A stretch of DNA of 64,000 nt from the NCBI GenBank assembly GCA_044376115.1, contig JBILLK010000029.1, forward strand, positions 64,001 to 128,000, in the 5' to 3' direction. This stretch comes from Polyangiaceae bacterium. Its GTDB lineage: Bacteria > Myxococcota_A > Polyangia > Polyangiales > Polyangiaceae. Shown here in pieces: positions 29,289-38,031 of the stretch. The position numbers and the translations under genes are program-made. Each line of letters starts with the position of its first letter. Within the stretch, counting starts at the first letter, position 1. The notes under the pieces are model-generated. The model saw nothing but the letters and a program-made list of their open reading frames with translations. It did no database searches and was not told the origin of the DNA.

Positions 29289-30194
29289 CTAGATCCCCGC
29301 CTGCTCGCCCCCGGCACCAACCACCGCGAAGGACATCGTCGCGGTGGAGCGAGCCCAAGCGAAGCGACCCTGCGGCGTAACCAGAATCAGCCCTGAAGCG
29401 CCCTGCAGCCGCTCTTGCAGCCTCGTTACAGCGAGACGGGCGGCCTGCTCGGCCGACTCGCCGGCTCGCAGGTAGCTGGCCGCCAATTGCGAGAGCCCGA
29501 GCTTCAAGATCGCCTCGCCATCCCCGGTGCAGCTGACCGCGCAGGACGAATCGTCCGCGAGCGTGCCAGCCCCAATGATCGGGGAATCGCCCAAGCGCCC
29601 CACGCGCTTGCCCAACGTACCGCCGGTGCTGGTGCCCGCGGCGAGCTGCCCTGCAGCGTCTACCGCTACCGCGCCCACGGTTCCACCAGCCCAGCCGCCA
29701 CTCCCGCCGTCGGCGCGGAACTTCGCCAAGGCGGCCCGTGCTTCCTCGGTCACCAGCGCCTCAGGCTCCACCTCGGCGAAACCGCGCTCGAGCGCGAAGG
29801 CACGCGCCCCCGGCCCAACGTAGAGCACGTGCCGACCTTCCTCGAGCACGGCGCGCGCAACCTCGATCGGGTTGCGAAAGCTCGCTAGCGCTCCCACCGC
29901 GCCGGCCGCGAGATCGGACCCGCGCATCAGGGAAGCGTCATGCGAGACCTGCCCCTCGGCGTTGAGAGCCGCTCCGGTACCGGCGTTGAACTGCGGCAAG
30001 TCCTCGAGCACCTTCACTGCGGCTTGCACTGCATCGAGCGCCGAGCCGCCTTCTCTGAGCCGCTGATAGCCGGCCCGCGCCGCTGCGCGACAGCCCTCCA
30101 CATGCAACTCGCGCCGCTCGCTGGGGACGTTGCCGGCTCCACCGTGAACCAGCACCAACGGAAGCAAAAGCCCGCCACCCGACTCTACGCTCAT
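29289..30194 (-). CDS. iaaA: Isoaspartyl peptidase/L-asparaginase (Ntn hydrolase)
   Basis: VHGGAG, LED.PQFNAG, GTVGAVA, TSTGG, GRLGDSP, TGDGE. Confidence 0.93.
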   Translation of the reverse strand: MSVESGGGLLLPLVLVHGGAGNVPSERRELHVEGCRAAARAGYQRLREGGSALDAVQAAVKVLEDLPQFNAGTGAALNAEGQVSHDASLMRGSDLAAGAVGALASFRNPIEVARAVLEEGRHVLYVGPGARAFALERGFAEVEPEALVTEEARAALAKFRADGGSGGWAGGTVGAVAVDAAGQLAAGTSTGGTLGKRVGRLGDSPIIGAGTLADDSSCAVSCTGDGEAILKLGLSQLAASYLRAGESAEQAARLAVTRLQERLQGASGLILVTPQGRFAWARSTATMSFAVVGAGGEQAGI

Positions 30195-30264
30195 GGTGGC
30201 TGAGCATAGGTGAATCGCAGCTGAAAACTGGATCAACCTTGCCTCTTCTGTCTAAACCGGGACG

Positions 30265-30864
30265 ATGAAACGAGCTGTGTTCGCCACTGCGCTGTTGGGG
30301 CTTCTGCCGGGGTGCCTTTCGCTTGGCATCCCTTCTGAATCCAGCGGCACTGAAGAAGAGGAGTCCGTGCCGGAGGCAGACCTCGTCGCGATCGGTACCT
30401 ACGAGGTCGACGCCGAGCGCGTTGCCAGCGACTGCGGTGAAGGCACGATCGTACTAGCGCCCTCCTGGACCTTCGAGACCACGCTGAGTGAGGACGAAGA
30501 GGGCGAGCAGATCTTCTGGGACACCGGCAGCGGGCCCAAGCCGGGCGAGCTACGCAGCGACAAGCTCTCCTTCTCCTTTGACGCGACCATCGTAAGCGAC
30601 CTGCGCAGCCCGGCGACTGACGACGACTGGCTACCACCTTGCCGAATTCGCCGCGTTGATTCGCTGGACGGAGCCTTCGATGAGGACGACGCTGAGCGCA
30701 GCAAGTGGAAGGGCAGCATGAGCTTTCACTTCGAAGCGACCGAGGGCTCCGACTGCTCCGACATGATCGGCCAGCCAGGCTTTTACGGTCAGCAGGTCAT
30801 CCTCGGTAAGCTGCCTTGTGACGTCCGCTACGAGGTCAACGCGTTTGGCGTCAGCGAGGAATGA
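30265..30864 (+). CDS. Hypothetical lipoprotein (paralog of 57026..57544)
   Basis: Lipobox LPGC; EATEGSDCSD and LPCDVRY shared with the paralog. Confidence 0.8.
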   Translation: MKRAVFATALLGLLPGCLSLGIPSESSGTEEEESVPEADLVAIGTYEVDAERVASDCGEGTIVLAPSWTFETTLSEDEEGEQIFWDTGSGPKPGELRSDKLSFSFDATIVSDLRSPATDDDWLPPCRIRRVDSLDGAFDEDDAERSKWKGSMSFHFEATEGSDCSDMIGQPGFYGQQVILGKLPCDVRYEVNAFGVSEE

Positions 30865-30870
30865 ACCTGC

Positions 30871-30906
30871 AAAAGAAAAGGGCGCTCCAGCCTTTGCCAG
30901 AGCGCC
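30871..30906 (-). terminator. Intrinsic terminator for a minus-strand transcript
   Basis: Minus strand GGCGCTC...GAGCGCC followed by CTTTTCTTTT; the U-tract is on the minus strand only. Confidence 0.75.
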
Positions 30907-30947
30907 TCGGCCCACGTGGGGGCTCGGTCAGAAGACGGATAGCTCAG

Positions 30948-30992
30948 CTAGGCTGAGCGTCCCTCCACGTGAAGACCGTTGAGATTGTGCAT
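30948..30992 (-). CDS. Possible 14-aa peptide MHNLNGLHVEGRSA
   Basis: GGAGGAGG 8 nt upstream of ATG; TAG in a hairpin loop. Confidence 0.3.
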   Translation of the reverse strand: MHNLNGLHVEGRSA

Positions 30993-31192
30993 GTTCTTTC
31001 CCTCCTCCGGCTGGGCCGGCACCCCAAGCGTTTCCGACGTCACCGTTGGCGCGCGTCAGGGGTGTTTCACGTTGTTGTCGACCTTGTGAGCAAGGTAGAC
31101 GCCTTCATCTGCGGTGCCAGGGTGCTCCCCAGCGAGACCATCCTCGGAATGTCCAGCCGCAGACCTTCCGCCAGTGGCGGAGTTGCAGCGAG

Positions 31193-31220
31193 AGCGTAGC
31201 ACCCGAAGTCAGGCCGTCCA
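31193..31220 (-). promoter_or_regulatory. Putative sigma70-type promoter (extended -10)
   Basis: TGGACG-N16-TACGCT with TGn immediately before the -10. Confidence 0.5.
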
Positions 31221-31253
31221 CTTCGAGGGGTTCTTTGGTAAGGTGCGCGCGCG

Positions 31254-33308
31254 GTGCCTACAATACCCCTCAATACCCTCCTTCCTTGGCTACTTGGGCT
31301 CGTCGGTTCGCTCACAGTGATGGGCGTGGTGCGCAAGCGCCTGCTTGGTCAACAACGAGCCATCGCGTCCTGGCTGCTCGCCTTCGTCGCCGTCTTCTGT
31401 TTCGGCATGCTCGCCGGGAAGATGGGCGTGGCCCTGCCTCAGGTCGCCTCCGATTCAGCACATGTGCGCGGGCTCGACGTGGTCAAAGCCGGCCTGGCCG
31501 TCTTGGCGATGAGCCTCATCTTCTTCGAAATGAAGCGCGCCGGGGAGAAGCGCTTCGTGGCCGAGAAGTGGAAGCGTTTCATCGGCGTGACGATGGGCGT
31601 CGCAGGCATCGTCCTCTACTTCAACAGCTTCAAGTTCGGCTATCCCAAGTACTTCCACCGCTGGGACCAGTATCACTATTACATGGGGGCCAAGTACTTC
31701 CCCGAGATCGGCTACGACGGTCTCTACAAGTGCTCCACCATCGCCCAAGACGACATCGGCCGAGTCTCGGTGGACGTGGAAGGCAACGGCAAGTTCCGCA
31801 GCTTCGATCTGCGCGCCGAGGTGCGTAAGAGCGACAAGAAGATCCGCAACCTGGGCGGAGACAACTTGCTGATCAAGGTGGATGACCTCTTGGCCAACCC
31901 CTCCATCTGCAAGGACCGTTTCTCCCCCGAGCGCTGGGAAGAGTACAAGAAGGACGTCACCTTCTTCTCCACCCAGTGTTACGTGGATAGCTACTGGACG
32001 CAGATGCAACAGGATCACGGGTACAACCCGCCACCTGTTTGGACGTTAGCGGGCTACTACTTAGGTAACTGGGTGCCAACCTCGGTGCGCAACATGCAGG
32101 CCCTAGCGGCGATCGATGTTGCCTACCTGCTCGCCACCTTCATCGCGATTTACTGGGCATTCGGTTGGCGCGTCTTCGCCATGGCCGGCATCTTCTTTGG
32201 CTGTCAGAGTTCGGCGCCCTTCTTGTGGACGGGTGGAGCGCTATTGCGCCAAGACTGGCTGTTCTTCTTCGTCTTTGCCGCCTGCTTGGCACGTAAGCGC
32301 TACTTCGCCCTGGCGGGTGCGTCGCTCGTCTATGCAGCCCTGTTGCGCGTGTTTCCGGGCTTGGCGGTCGCCGGCTGGCTGATCGTCGCGGGCCTGCACA
32401 TCTTCCGCCATAAGCGCATGCACAAGGACCACGTGCGCATGCTGATCGGCGGCACCGCCGCAGCCGTGATCCTCATCGGCTCGAGCGCTGCGGTGGTCGG
32501 CCCGGACTCGTACACAAAGTTTTTCAAGCACACGATCGAGGTGCACGACAAAACGCCGCTCACCAATCATATGGGCCTGCGCGTCATCCTCGGCCACGAC
32601 ATGGGCTTCGAGGGCTCGGGGCGCATGCGCTACTCCAAGGACGGCTCCAAGACCGATCCGTTCGAGGGTTGGAAGTCGGCGCGCGTGAAGCGCTACAACG
32701 ACTACAAGCCTGTCGCCTACACGGTATTCGCGACCAGCCTTCTGGCCTCGATCTTGGTGATGCGGCGAACCAAGAGCATGTGGGTCGCACAGGCGCTAGG
32801 CGGTATTTGGATCATCCTGGGTAGTCAGCTCACCTGCTATTACTACTCTTATATGTTGCTCTTGGCCGTCCTCTCCAAGGTCAGGCGCAGCACCGAAATA
32901 TTCCTATTGGGCATGGCCGCCATGAGTCAGGTTGGCTGGCGCAGCATCGGCTACAACGACGACCGCTACATGTACCTCTCGCTGATCTCGTTGCTGGTCA
33001 GCTACGTCGTCATGTTCATGTTGGCACCGCGTGAGCTACCGAACTGGAACCCGCGCAAGGCCACCCTCAAGTGGTACGACAAGCTCTCCGGCGCTCGGCT
33101 CGGTACGCTCGTGAGCCTGCCCCCGGGGCTCGTGATGATGGTGATGGGCGCCATTCGGCAGGACTACTCGACCATCTTGATGGCGGCGGTCCCGGTCCTC
33201 GGCGGCGTGGGCCTCTGGCTCTACGCCGAGAGCCTCGCCAAGCGTCCGAAGCCCAACTCCCCTAGCCCTTCCACCCCGGCGAAGAGCCCGGTGCTCGAGG
33301 CAGCATGA
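31254..33308 (+). CDS. Polytopic membrane protein, GT-C fold glycosyltransferase-like (GT87/DUF2029-like)
   Basis: More than 10 TM segments; WDQYHYY, GYNPPP, LRQDW, LRVFP motifs. Confidence 0.6.
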   Translation: MPTIPLNTLLPWLLGLVGSLTVMGVVRKRLLGQQRAIASWLLAFVAVFCFGMLAGKMGVALPQVASDSAHVRGLDVVKAGLAVLAMSLIFFEMKRAGEKRFVAEKWKRFIGVTMGVAGIVLYFNSFKFGYPKYFHRWDQYHYYMGAKYFPEIGYDGLYKCSTIAQDDIGRVSVDVEGNGKFRSFDLRAEVRKSDKKIRNLGGDNLLIKVDDLLANPSICKDRFSPERWEEYKKDVTFFSTQCYVDSYWTQMQQDHGYNPPPVWTLAGYYLGNWVPTSVRNMQALAAIDVAYLLATFIAIYWAFGWRVFAMAGIFFGCQSSAPFLWTGGALLRQDWLFFFVFAACLARKRYFALAGASLVYAALLRVFPGLAVAGWLIVAGLHIFRHKRMHKDHVRMLIGGTAAAVILIGSSAAVVGPDSYTKFFKHTIEVHDKTPLTNHMGLRVILGHDMGFEGSGRMRYSKDGSKTDPFEGWKSARVKRYNDYKPVAYTVFATSLLASILVMRRTKSMWVAQALGGIWIILGSQLTCYYYSYMLLLAVLSKVRRSTEIFLLGMAAMSQVGWRSIGYNDDRYMYLSLISLLVSYVVMFMLAPRELPNWNPRKATLKWYDKLSGARLGTLVSLPPGLVMMVMGAIRQDYSTILMAAVPVLGGVGLWLYAESLAKRPKPNSPSPSTPAKSPVLEAA

Positions 33309-34600
33309 GCGAACAAGAAGTAGCCCCCGAATTGAAGGAGGCCGCAGCTGGCGCCTTCCGTCGCGTGCCGCGGACCGGCGTCATCTTCGTCATGGGCGAG
33401 GCGGCTCGTCTTGGCTACACCTACTCGGCGGATCCCGGCGAGGACGACTGGTGCAACCTCGGGCAGGGCATGCCGGAGACAGGTCCGCTCCCCGGCTCAC
33501 CCGAGCGCTGTGAGAGCGTCGCCATCGCCGTCGGCGATCAGGAATACGCCCCGGTCGCCGGCGTCAGCGAGCTGCGTGAGACCATCGCCTCGCTCTACAA
33601 CAACCTCTACCGCAAGGGCATGCCCTCGCAATATACGGCGGAGAACGTCGCCGTCTCTGGCGGAGGTCGCACAGCGCTCACGCGCGCAGCCGCCGCGCTG
33701 GGTCAAATCAACCTCGGGCATTTCCTACCCGACTACACAGCCTACGAAGAGCTGCTGGACGTCTTCCGCCTGTTCTCCCCCATTCCCATCTTGCTCGAGG
33801 GTGAACGCCAATACGACTTCTCGGTACGTGACCTGCGCCGAGAAATATTGGGCCGCGGGCTAGGCGGCATTCTGATGAGCAACCCGTGCAATCCCACCGG
33901 TAAGCACGTGCGCGGTGAGGAGCTGGCAGCGTGGGTCAACGTCGCTCGTGAGCTCGACTGCACGATGTTGATGGACGAGTTCTACTCGCATTACCTGTAC
34001 GGCGTCCCGGGCACCGCGCCGATGGAGAGCGCTGCGCGCTACGTCGAGAACGTGAACGCCGATCCGATCGTGATCTTCGATGGTCTGACGAAGAACTGGC
34101 GATACCCCGGTTGGCGCGTCACGTGGACGGTCGGCCCCAAGGACGTGATCGACGCGGTCGCCAGCGCCGGCAGCTTCCTCGACGGCGGTGGCTCCAAACC
34201 GATGCAACGCGCCGCGATTCCTCTGCTCGAGCCGGCCAACGTCGAGCGCGAGACGGCCGCCATTCACCGCAGCTTTTCGAAGAAGCGTCAGCTGATGCTC
34301 GAAGGTCTGCGGCGCATCGGCGTAACGGTGGACGTGCCGCCGGAGGGCACCTTCTACTGTTGGGGTTCGGTGGCGAATTTGCCCGCGCCGATCAATGACG
34401 GCATGGCCTTCTTCCGGGCTGCGCTGGAGCACAAGGTGATCACCGTGCCGGGCCAGTTCTTCGACGTAAACCCTGGGAAACGCCGGGCCGGCCGAGCATC
34501 ACGCTTTGCGCGGCATGTGCGCTTCTCGTTCGGTCCGTCGGAGGAGGTGTGCGTGCGCGCACTTGGCCGCTTGGAAAAGCTCGTGACGAGCCTGCGCTAG
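33305..34600 (+). CDS. PLP-dependent aminotransferase class I/II
   Basis: NLGQG.P, SNPCNPTG, DEFY, GLTKNWRYPGWR, RFSFG; ATGA overlap with the upstream gene. Confidence 0.92.
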   Translation: MSEQEVAPELKEAAAGAFRRVPRTGVIFVMGEAARLGYTYSADPGEDDWCNLGQGMPETGPLPGSPERCESVAIAVGDQEYAPVAGVSELRETIASLYNNLYRKGMPSQYTAENVAVSGGGRTALTRAAAALGQINLGHFLPDYTAYEELLDVFRLFSPIPILLEGERQYDFSVRDLRREILGRGLGGILMSNPCNPTGKHVRGEELAAWVNVARELDCTMLMDEFYSHYLYGVPGTAPMESAARYVENVNADPIVIFDGLTKNWRYPGWRVTWTVGPKDVIDAVASAGSFLDGGGSKPMQRAAIPLLEPANVERETAAIHRSFSKKRQLMLEGLRRIGVTVDVPPEGTFYCWGSVANLPAPINDGMAFFRAALEHKVITVPGQFFDVNPGKRRAGRASRFARHVRFSFGPSEEVCVRALGRLEKLVTSLR

Positions 34601-34701
34601 CGGTTGCGTTCGTGGACACGCGTGGAGTTCGTCCGTTAGGCTGAGGCTGTGAAGGATTTGCGCAACTCCAGCCGTGGTTGGCCGTTCGGGGTAATGCTCG
34701 G

Positions 34702-36168
34702 ATGAGTTCCGACGCGCTCTTGGGTGGGCGCTACGAGATCCTCAAGCGGGTAGCCGTCGGCGGTATGGCCACCGTTCACCTCGGGCGAGCGGTGGGCGTC
34801 GGCGGCTTCGAGCGCTTGGTAGCGATCAAGGTGATGCATCCGCAGTTCGCTGCGGAGCCCGAGTTCGTCACCATGTTCCTGGATGAAGCGCGCTTGGCAG
34901 CCCGCATTCGCCACCCCAACGTCGTCCCTACGTTGGACGTGCAAGAGTCAGCGGACGGCCTGTTCCTGGTGATGGAGTACATCGACGGGCCATCGCTCCA
35001 GCAGCTGCGCAAAGCCGTCGGGACGAAGCCTGGCGCCATTCCCCTGCCGATCGTGTTGCGCATCATGATCGAGACGTTGAACGGCCTGCATTGTGCGCAC
35101 GAGCTGCGGGACGACGAGGATCAGCCGCTCAACCTGATTCACCGTGACGTCTCGCCGGTCAACGTGTTGGTCGGATCCGACGGAGGCGCACGCATCACCG
35201 ACTTCGGCGTCGCGCGCGCCGAGGCGCGGCTATCCTCGACACGCGGTGGTCAGCTCAAAGGCAAAATCCCCTTCATGCCGCCGGAGCAGCTGCTCAATGA
35301 GGAGCTCGATCGGCGTTGTGACGTGTACGCAGCTGGCGCCGTATTGTGGGAGAGCATCGTTGGTAAGCGGTTGTTCCACGCTGACAGTGATGGCGCCCTG
35401 TTGACGATGATTCTGAGCGGCGCGAGCAGCAAGCCGAGCGAACATGATCCTTCGGTGCCGCCGGCGATCGACGAGGTGGTGATGAAGGCCCTGGCCAAGA
35501 AGCGCGAACAGCGCTTTGCGAGCGCCGCAGACTTCGCCGAAGCGCTCGAGCACGCCGCTGCTGAGTCGAAGATCGCCGTGGCTTCCTCGCGCGCCGTGGC
35601 GACCTTCATCGCTGAGGCTGGCGCACATAAGAAGCTGGATCTGAAGGAGCTCGCAACGCTCCGACGTGGGCTTCCCACCCGCGACCCGGTGCCTTCGTCG
35701 CCCGGGGATCCTACGCCTGCCGCGCGCGAGATCTCGAGGCCGTCGGCCCCCTCCCAGGTCACTGCCGCCGACGTGGCGATGAGCGCGGCCCCGGTGACGC
35801 TCAAAGCCCAGCGCTCCGCCCTGCCCTTCGTGGTGGGCGGAGTTGGGCTCGCGGCCGTGATCGCAGCGGTAGCCTTCTTCGGCTCGCGCAAAGACGCCCC
35901 CGCGTCGCCCGCGTCGCCCGCAAGTGAGGCGCCCGTCGTGACGGCGTCCGCCAAACCAAGCCCGATCGAAGTGCTGCCCAGCACCTCCAGCGCGGTGGTA
36001 ACGGCGAGCGCTAGCTCAGCGGCCAGCGCGCGCAACACGGCCTCGGCCGGCGTTGCCCCCGGCTCCAAGAGTTCCCCGCAAAGCCTCCCAGCGACCCCAG
36101 CTGCAGCGACCCCAGCTTCAAAGACGGCCACCCCCAGCAAGACGGCCTACAACCCCGACCGGCTATGA
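34702..36168 (+). CDS. Membrane Ser/Thr protein kinase with Pro/Ala/Ser-rich tail
   Basis: GGMATV, VAIK, HRDVSPVN, DFG, KGKIPFMPPE; TM helix; ends YNPDRL. Confidence 0.95.
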   Translation: MSSDALLGGRYEILKRVAVGGMATVHLGRAVGVGGFERLVAIKVMHPQFAAEPEFVTMFLDEARLAARIRHPNVVPTLDVQESADGLFLVMEYIDGPSLQQLRKAVGTKPGAIPLPIVLRIMIETLNGLHCAHELRDDEDQPLNLIHRDVSPVNVLVGSDGGARITDFGVARAEARLSSTRGGQLKGKIPFMPPEQLLNEELDRRCDVYAAGAVLWESIVGKRLFHADSDGALLTMILSGASSKPSEHDPSVPPAIDEVVMKALAKKREQRFASAADFAEALEHAAAESKIAVASSRAVATFIAEAGAHKKLDLKELATLRRGLPTRDPVPSSPGDPTPAAREISRPSAPSQVTAADVAMSAAPVTLKAQRSALPFVVGGVGLAAVIAAVAFFGSRKDAPASPASPASEAPVVTASAKPSPIEVLPSTSSAVVTASASSAASARNTASAGVAPGSKSSPQSLPATPAAATPASKTATPSKTAYNPDRL

Positions 36169-37121
36169 ACCAACGCCTTTGGCCCACCGCGCTCCTTACG
36201 CTGCTGCTTGGCGTAGCTACCCCAACACTCGCGTTTGCGCAGGAGGACGCGGCCAAAGCCTTTGAAGAGGGCCGCAAACTCTGGGACGCCAAAGACGCAG
36301 CCGGGGCGCTCCCGCGCTTTCGCAAAGCAGTGGACGCAACCGGCAGCCCCAACGCAAGGCTCTACCTTGCGCGCTGTCTGCGGGAGACCGGAAACCTCGT
36401 GCAGGCCTACGAAGAGATGGCGCTCACCGTGCGTGACGCTCGTGCAAAAGCCGACAGCGATGAACGCTACGCCGCCACCCGGGACGCGGCCGCCGCCGAA
36501 CTAACGTTGCTCGAGGCACGCGTTGGCCGCGTCGTGATCGCGTTGAGTGAGGAGCTTACGGGAGCGGTGGTCACCTTGAATGGCACAGGCGTTGAGACCG
36601 CAAAGGTTGGAACGCCGCTCGCGGTTGCGCCGGGCGAGGTGCATGTCAGCGCAGTGAAGCCAGGCGGCGTACCCACGCGACAAAAGGTCGTGGTTGCGGC
36701 TGGCGCCCTGCAAACCATCACCCTCACGGCCGCCGCGGCAACGCCTGGCGGCGCTACCGCGACCCTACAGCCGCCCGCCGCGGACGCCGACGGACCGGGC
36801 TTCGGCCTGGTGCGCGGGCTGGGCATCGGCGTTGCGGCGCTCGGCGTAGGCGGGTTTGTGACCTTCGCCGTCGGCACCGTACAGGCCAATGACGCTTTCT
36901 CCACCCTCGAGGCGAGCTGCCCGGTTGGGCCCTGCCTCGACGCAGAGACGCAAGACACGATCTCCAGCGGAAAGACGGCCGAAGTCGTCGCGAACATCGG
37001 GCTTGGCGTGGGCATCGCCGGCGTGGTCGCTGGCACCTTCATGCTGATCTTCGGCGGACCCAGCGAGACCGAGAAAACAGCCTGGGAGCCCACCCCGAAC
37101 GGGCTGCGGCTACGTTTCTAA
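36165..37121 (+). CDS. Secreted TPR/PEGA-like protein with hydrophobic hairpin and terminal Phe
   Basis: ATGA overlap. Signal peptide AFA|Q. TPR. APGEVHVSA. Gly-rich helices flanking CPVGPC. Ends GLRLRF. Confidence 0.85.
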   Translation: MNQRLWPTALLTLLLGVATPTLAFAQEDAAKAFEEGRKLWDAKDAAGALPRFRKAVDATGSPNARLYLARCLRETGNLVQAYEEMALTVRDARAKADSDERYAATRDAAAAELTLLEARVGRVVIALSEELTGAVVTLNGTGVETAKVGTPLAVAPGEVHVSAVKPGGVPTRQKVVVAAGALQTITLTAAAATPGGATATLQPPAADADGPGFGLVRGLGIGVAALGVGGFVTFAVGTVQANDAFSTLEASCPVGPCLDAETQDTISSGKTAEVVANIGLGVGIAGVVAGTFMLIFGGPSETEKTAWEPTPNGLRLRF

Positions 37122-37179
37122 GCGGCATCGCGGCTAATTCGTTTTCACCCGCCAATACACATTTAACCGCGTATCCATA

Positions 37180-38031
37180 TTAGTCTAACGGCTTGATTGA
37201 TTGACCATGCGGAGCAGCCGTTGGCTCCTCGTCCCGCAGTAGCTGTTTGATCGCCGCCAGCGCCGCCCGGGGCACGTCGCAGTGACCCACCGACTTACCG
37301 CGCTGCGCCCCAAAGCGCTGCTCGGGGCTCTGCGAGAAATCAAAGTCGAAGCACGCTTGGGAAGGGGCACAGGTCGGCGCAATACCGAGATAAGGGCCAA
37401 GCAATGCGCCGCTCGAGCAATCGTTCGGTGGGGCTACCGAATGACGAAAGGAGAAGGTCCGATCGACGTTATCAGGGATCGAAAGACTCGCACCTGGCTG
37501 AAAGGCGTCCAGGAGAATGAGCCGCGTCACCCGCCAGGGCGGCGCAACGCGCTCATCCGCTGCCATGCGCGCCGCCAAGTCCACCGCGTTCACGCCGCCC
37601 CAAGAATAGCCAATAACGTCCAGCTCGACGCGTTCGTCCTCAGCGTTGAGCTTGCCGTCTCGCGTCGTATCCAAGGTATCGAATACGGCCTTCCACACCG
37701 AATCGGCGTTAGGGATGGGGAAGGTGCTGAAGGTTGAGTGGCAGGGCCCATTCCGACAATCGTCAATTCGCCCCGCCACGAACGTGGATTCGCAGAAGGA
37801 CTCGAACGTGCGATGGCCACCAGCGCCTGTGAGACACACGCTGCGACGACGCGGCACGACTTGAGCCTGAATGGGTACCGACGTTGCCGAAGGTAGGCTT
37901 GAGACCTCCAACGAAGCAGCGCTCAAACGCACAGCCGGCTGCTGCAACGGTTGCTCTTGGTGCGCCTTGGACCCACAACCGAGAGCGGTTAGCAGCAAGG
38001 AGTAAAGGCCAGCGTTGCGCGCCAACATCAA
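37180..38031 (-). CDS. Alpha/beta-hydrolase-like lipoprotein
   Basis: Lipobox ALGC; GYSWGG nucleophile elbow; LLDA; GHCD. Confidence 0.75.
   Translation of the reverse strand: MMLARNAGLYSLLLTALGCGSKAHQEQPLQQPAVRLSAASLEVSSLPSATSVPIQAQVVPRRRSVCLTGAGGHRTFESFCESTFVAGRIDDCRNGPCHSTFSTFPIPNADSVWKAVFDTLDTTRDGKLNAEDERVELDVIGYSWGGVNAVDLAARMAADERVAPPWRVTRLILLDAFQPGASLSIPDNVDRTFSFRHSVAPPNDCSSGALLGPYLGIAPTCAPSQACFDFDFSQSPEQRFGAQRGKSVGHCDVPRAALAAIKQLLRDEEPTAAPHGQSIKPLD

Larger units (their letters stand above)
30871..31186 (-). ncRNA. Putative ~315-nt structured RNA of unrecognised family
   Basis: Bounded by a promoter-like element and a terminator; at least 6 stems; no long ORF. Confidence 0.55.

Noticed and set aside
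31160..31190. Minus-strand GCAACT..GCCACTG..GGAAGG resembling a cobalamin riboswitch core
   Set aside because: The upstream AGGGAA/GGTG elements and downstream AGCCAG-AGACC are absent, and no B12-related gene follows.
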